NCBI GenBank assembly: GCA_963721555.1
Contig: CAVRJU010000005.1
Span: forward strand, 119,222-183,221
Direction of reading: 5' to 3'
Length of the DNA stretch: 64,000 nt
From: an uncultured Actinomycetota bacterium
Lineage (GTDB): Bacteria; Actinomycetota; Actinomycetes; Propionibacteriales; Nocardioidaceae
Positions 58,988 to 64,000 of this stretch are shown piece after piece. The position numbers were made by a program, and so were the translations under genes. Below the pieces are notes generated by a model. It made no database searches. It was not told where the DNA came from and was given only the letters and a program-made list of their open reading frames with translations. Within the stretch, counting starts at the first letter, position 1. Every line of letters starts with the position of its first letter.

Positions 58988-59566
58988 CAGGTCGTCTCCT
59001 CGGCCCTCACCGACGCGGCGAGGCTCCCCAGCCACGCGTCCGTCGCGCGCGTGCTGCGTCAGCCGCCGCACCGCCGGCGTCGCGGGATCGGCCTCCCACG
59101 CAGCGATCCGACGACGCTTGCTCGCGAAGGAGCGGACGTGCCAGGCGATGATCGACTCGCGCGAGAAGGTCTGCCCCCAGGTCTCGGTGTTGCCGTTGCA
59201 GACCGGGTGACGGCCGACGATGCGGACCACGGTGCGTCGCAGCAGCCGGGTCAGTGAGACCCAGCGCGGGTAGTCGAGTGCGACGACGAGGTCGGCCCGC
59301 GCCAGGGCGATGTCCGTCCACACGCCCCAGGCCGAGTCCAGCACCCAGCGCTCGCGGCCGCACACGTCGCGCATGAGGCGGCGCTGCTCCTCCGCGGAGA
59401 CCTGCACCCAGCCCGGTCGCCAGCAGACCTCGTCGACCGCGACGCGCTCGATCCCGGTCAGCTGCGAGATCCGGGCGGCGAGCACCGACTTGCCCGACCC
59501 GGTGACGCCGTACACCACGATGCGCTGGGCCCGACCGTCCACCTGGGGGTCCTGGCTCGCACGCAT
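58988..59566 (-). CDS. P-loop NTPase (adenylate-kinase/topology-modulation-protein-like) ORF with no stop codon of its own, continuing in frame into murA
   Basis: Walker [13 protein letters not shown]. About 170-aa kinase-like body, then an Arg/Gly linker (..[14 protein letters not shown]) joined directly to the murA ATG. The single listed ORF 57701..59566 is 621 aa. Confidence 0.6.
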
Positions 59567-59649
59567 CCGGCGAGGATACCGAGGTCGCGACCCGACGGCG
59601 TGCGCGCACCAGCGGACCCTGCTCCCACCCGTCCCTCTACGCTGGGCCG

Positions 59650-60222
59650 ATGGTCAACCTGACGCGCATCTACACCCGCACCGGCGACGCCGGCACCACC
59701 CGGCTCGGCGACAACAGCGAGACCACCAAGACCGACCTGCGTCTCGAGGCGTACGCCGACGTCGACGAGCTCAACAGCCACCTCGGCCACGCCCTGGCCG
59801 CGGGCGGTCTCGACGAGCGCACCGTGACGGTCCTCGTGCACGTGCAGAACGACCTCTTCGACGTCGGCGCCGACCTCGCCACACCCGTGGTGGAGGACCC
59901 GGAGTACCCGCCGCTGCGCGTGCTGCCGGAGTACGTCGAGCGTCTCGAGGCCTGGTGCGACGAGCTGAACGACCCCCTGGAGTCGCTGCGCTCCTTCATC
60001 CTCCCGGGCGGCACGCCCGGCGCCGCCCTGCTGCACGTGTGCCGGACGGTGGCCCGTCGCGCCGAGCGTGCCGGCTGGCGGGCCCACGAGGAGCACCACG
60101 CGAGCATGAACGTGGTGGCCCTGACCTACCTGAACCGGCTCAGCGACCTGCTGTTCATCCTGGCCCGGCACGCCAACCGCGAGGTCGGCGACGTCCTGTG
60201 GGTGCCGGGCGGCGAGCGCTGA
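59650..60222 (+). CDS. ATP:cob(I)alamin adenosyltransferase, PduO type
   Basis: [14 protein letters not shown]-terminus, FILPGG, and the helical bundle typical of PduO-type ATR. Same position relative to murA as I recall for M. tuberculosis Rv1314c. Confidence 0.9.
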   Translation: MVNLTRIYTRTGDAGTTRLGDNSETTKTDLRLEAYADVDELNSHLGHALAAGGLDERTVTVLVHVQNDLFDVGADLATPVVEDPEYPPLRVLPEYVERLEAWCDELNDPLESLRSFILPGGTPGAALLHVCRTVARRAERAGWRAHEEHHASMNVVALTYLNRLSDLLFILARHANREVGDVLWVPGGER

Positions 60223-60230
60223 CGCTGCTG

Positions 60231-62098
60231 TCAGCTCCGCGACGGATCAGCGAGCGTCTCGCGGATCACCGTGTTCAGCTCCTCGAGCGCCAGGCCCTTC
60301 TCGATGTAGCGGGAGGCCCCGGCGGCGACCACCCGCTCGGCCAGCACGTTGTCCTCGAAGCCGGACAGCACCACCACCCGCAGGTCCGGGGCCTGCTCCA
60401 GCAGGAGGGGCAGCGCCTGGAGACCGTCCATGCGCGGCATGGCCAGGTCCAGCAGCACCAGGTCGGGCCGCAGCTCGGCGGCCCGGGCCACCGCGTCCTC
60501 CCCGTCGGCGGCCTCGCCCACGACCTCGATCCCCGGCAGGGTCGACAGCTGCAGCGAGAGCAGGAAGCGGACGTCCTCGGAGTCGTCCACGACCAGGACG
60601 CGTGCCTGCGCTGCGTCCCCCGAGCGCGACGCCGGCACGCGAGGGACGGTGGCCGCCCGGGGACCCGTCGGGTCGGCGACCTCCTGAGCGTCCGGTGCGC
60701 CGTCGATCGTGCTCGGTCGGGAGCGCACCAGGTCGCCGGGCCGCAGGTCGGTGCCGTCGAGCGGCTCGAGCAGGTCGGACATGAGCTGGCGCGCCGCCGC
60801 CAGGGTCCGTCGGTGCAGCCGGGTCGCGGTGTCGGTCTCGCCGCCCTCCAGCGCGTAGAGCCCGGCGCTCAGACCCTGCACGACGTTGTCGTTGATCTCG
60901 AGCGCCGAACGGCGACGCACCTGGGCCTCCCGCAGGCGCGCGGCCAGCGCCTCGCCCTCGAGCCGCTCGCGCGCCTCGCGCAGGAACAGCGCCTCGAGCC
61001 CCCGCCCCCCGGTGCCGTGCTCCTCCAGCGGCGCGCGCCGGACGTCGAGCTTCGAGCTCACGGCCGTCGAGAGCGGTCGCGGGCACCGCGAGCCCGTCAC
61101 CCGCCGAGCCCGGCAGGATCTCCTGCAGCACGACGCCCGACCGGGTCGCCCCCGAGCAACCCGACGGCGCGACCGTTGGCCTGGACGACGACCCGGTCCG
61201 GACCGCAGACCACGATGGCGTCCGGGGCCGCCTCCGCGAGCTCCTGGAACAGCACGCGGCTGCGTTCGCGCTCCTCCTCGGCCCGCGTCCGCTCGGTGAT
61301 GTCGATGCAGGTGCCGCGGAAGCGCACCGGGGTGCCGTCGGCGTCCTGGAGGACCTGACCGTTCGTGGCGAGGTAGCGCAGCTCGCCGTCGTCCCGCAGG
61401 ATGCGCTCGACCATCTGGTAGGGCTCGCCGGTCTCGTAGGCGCGCCGGTGCACCTGCGACACCATCTCCCGGTCGTCGGGGTGGATGAAGGACAGGAAGC
61501 GCTCGTAGGAGGCGTTGAAGGACTGCGGCTCGTGGCCGTAGATCCGGTACAGCTGGTCCGACCACTCGTTGGTGTCGCTGGCCACGTGCCAGTCGTAGTC
61601 CCCCATGCCGGCCAGCTGCTGGGCGTTGTCGACGCGGGCCTGCAGGTCGTGCAGCCGCTCGCGCTCGTCGCGGGCCTCCAAGGTGCGCAGCACGAGCGCC
61701 TGGGCCACGTCGTACGTCGGGTGCGGGCTCTCGTGGCCGGTGCACCACGGCGAGCACGAGGTGACCCAGCAGGCCCGGCAGCGGCTGGCACACGACCGCG
61801 ACGACCCCGGAGTCGGCCCACGCCGGCGGCACCGCGATCCCGGCCGCGGACCCACCGCGGTGGCGGTGGCCGTCGAGGGCCGAGGCCGGGAGCCCGGCGA
61901 GGCCGTGGCTGGTCGCGACGGCCGTGCCGCCTCGCGCTCGGCTCGAGGACCCAGCCCCCGGCGGCACCGGCGAGACGGCAGAGGTGCGGCACCACCGTCG
62001 TCCAGCAGCTCACGGGCGGTGGCTGTCTCCTCGCAGACCCGCGCGACGGTGACGAGCTCGCTCGCCACCGGGCTGCGCTCGAGGTTCTCCACGGCCAT
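60231..62098 (-). pseudogene. GAF-PAS-PAS-(HisKA_3-like helix)-receiver sensor/response-regulator gene broken by five +1 frame changes
   Basis: Protein-like segments alternate among the three minus frames of ORFs 61097..62137, 60247..62118 and 60231..61967. ATG at 62098 follows GGGAGGAG. The PAS core (GMGDYDWHV..IHPDDRE..FRGTCIDITER) and the C-terminal REC domain (VLVVDDSEDV..DLAMPRMDG..VVVLSG) are recognisable. Confidence 0.65.
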
Positions 62099-62204
62099 GA
62101 CTCCTCCCAGGACGTCACCGGTGGCCGGGCAGCACACCGCGCTGGACGTCCCCGGACGCGACGACGCTACGCCGTGAGCGCTTACGGCGTCAGGACCGGA
62201 AGAC

Positions 62205-62649
62205 CTAGACCGGCCGGGGACTCTGGCCCGGAGGAGCGGCCTCCAGCCAGGACAGGAAGCCGGTCACGGCCGACTCGGCCATCGCGAGCTCGACCAGCCC
62301 CTGCGCCCGGCGGCAGGAGACGATGACGTGCCCGGCGTAGAGCGCGCTCGGCCTCGGAGGCCTCGGGCGGGCGCTGCCCGAGGTACTCCACCTCGGCGCG
62401 CACCACGACGTCCATCGGTCGCGGCACCACGGAGAAGATGCGGAAGAACTGCAGGGTGTCCTCGGCGTAGCGGCCCACCCCGAGCACCCACCCCCGCCCG
62501 GGCCGGGGCTCACCGGCGCGCAGGCTGAGGTCGAAGGTGCCGCCCGCGCGGGAGATCCACCGTCGACGGACGACGAGGGCGACGGCGTAGAGCGCGACCA
62601 GCAGGAGGACGCCGCCCAGCACGTCCACCAGCCACTGCCACCACGGCAT
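62205..62649 (-). pseudogene. DUF2550-family protein (conserved atpC neighbour) with one +1 frameshift near 62346
   Basis: The N-terminal 101 aa (MPWWQWLVDV..GTFDLSLR..GWVLGVGRY..) is in the frame of ORF 62182..62649. The conserved C-terminus (ALYAGHVIVSCRRAQGLVELAMAESAVTGFLSWLEAAPPG) is in the frame of ORF 62205..62513. Confidence 0.7.
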
Positions 62650-62693
62650 GAACGAGGCCCTCTCCCGGCCTGGTCAGACCGAGTCGCGCGCAG

Positions 62694-64000
<1,307 letters not shown>

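Noticed and set aside
60231-62098. Programmed ribosomal frameshifting as the explanation for the frame changes in the sensor gene.
   Set aside because: Five separate sites with no shared slippery motif, one of them a plain 7-bp duplication. Decay or sequence error is far more likely.

Overview
Very GC-rich actinobacterial chromosome segment: codon position 3 is almost always G/C, and gene order resembles conserved Mycobacterium/Nocardioides-type core regions. The window is gene-dense, with about 56 protein genes. I found no rRNA, tRNA, CRISPR array, transposase or integrase. Family calls come from motifs read in the translations, not from database searches.

Recognisable blocks, in order:
- plsC-like fragment, DUF606 transporter, ilvD
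- a membrane HAMP adenylate cyclase, an Asp-box (BNR) protein, an alpha/beta hydrolase, a PQQ sugar dehydrogenase
- gatCAB, ligA, a MetE-like gene, mnmA and a frameshifted iscS
- etfBA and a crotonase
- a GlgE-pathway alpha-glucan cluster (glgX, glgP, glgE-treS-mak, glgB) interrupted by unrelated genes
- Nudix, a YbbN-like thioredoxin, a PH-domain protein and a HemD-wHTH fusion regulator
- a dispersed B12/ethylmalonyl-CoA set (meaB, thiolase, epimerase, ccr, double 3-hydroxyacyl-CoA dehydrogenase, ecm, PduO adenosyltransferase) interleaved with a DivIVA-like protein, an AI-2E transporter, GH114, MFS, nucS and a DAAO-like gene
- murA, and the 3' end of the ATP synthase operon (atpD, atpC, DUF2550)

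I found no convincing novel multi-gene system such as a defence island or mobile element. The signals most worth a second look are:
1. A nested-palindrome repeat family with a GGTACC core. Two copies are present, each just 3' of a minus-strand stop codon.
2. A 39-bp tandem array of about 5 copies between etfA and iscS.
3. Seven reading-frame breaks, all of +1 sign: one in iscS, five in a GAF-PAS-PAS-REC sensor gene and one in DUF2550. One break is caused by a perfect 7-bp tandem duplication.
4. A P-loop NTPase ORF that runs in frame, without a stop codon, into murA.
5. An unlisted 55-codon membrane ORF heading a small operon.
6. A HemD-wHTH regulator next to B12-related genes.

Internal coordinates I read by eye may be off by 1-2 nt. 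ORF boundaries follow the supplied track.
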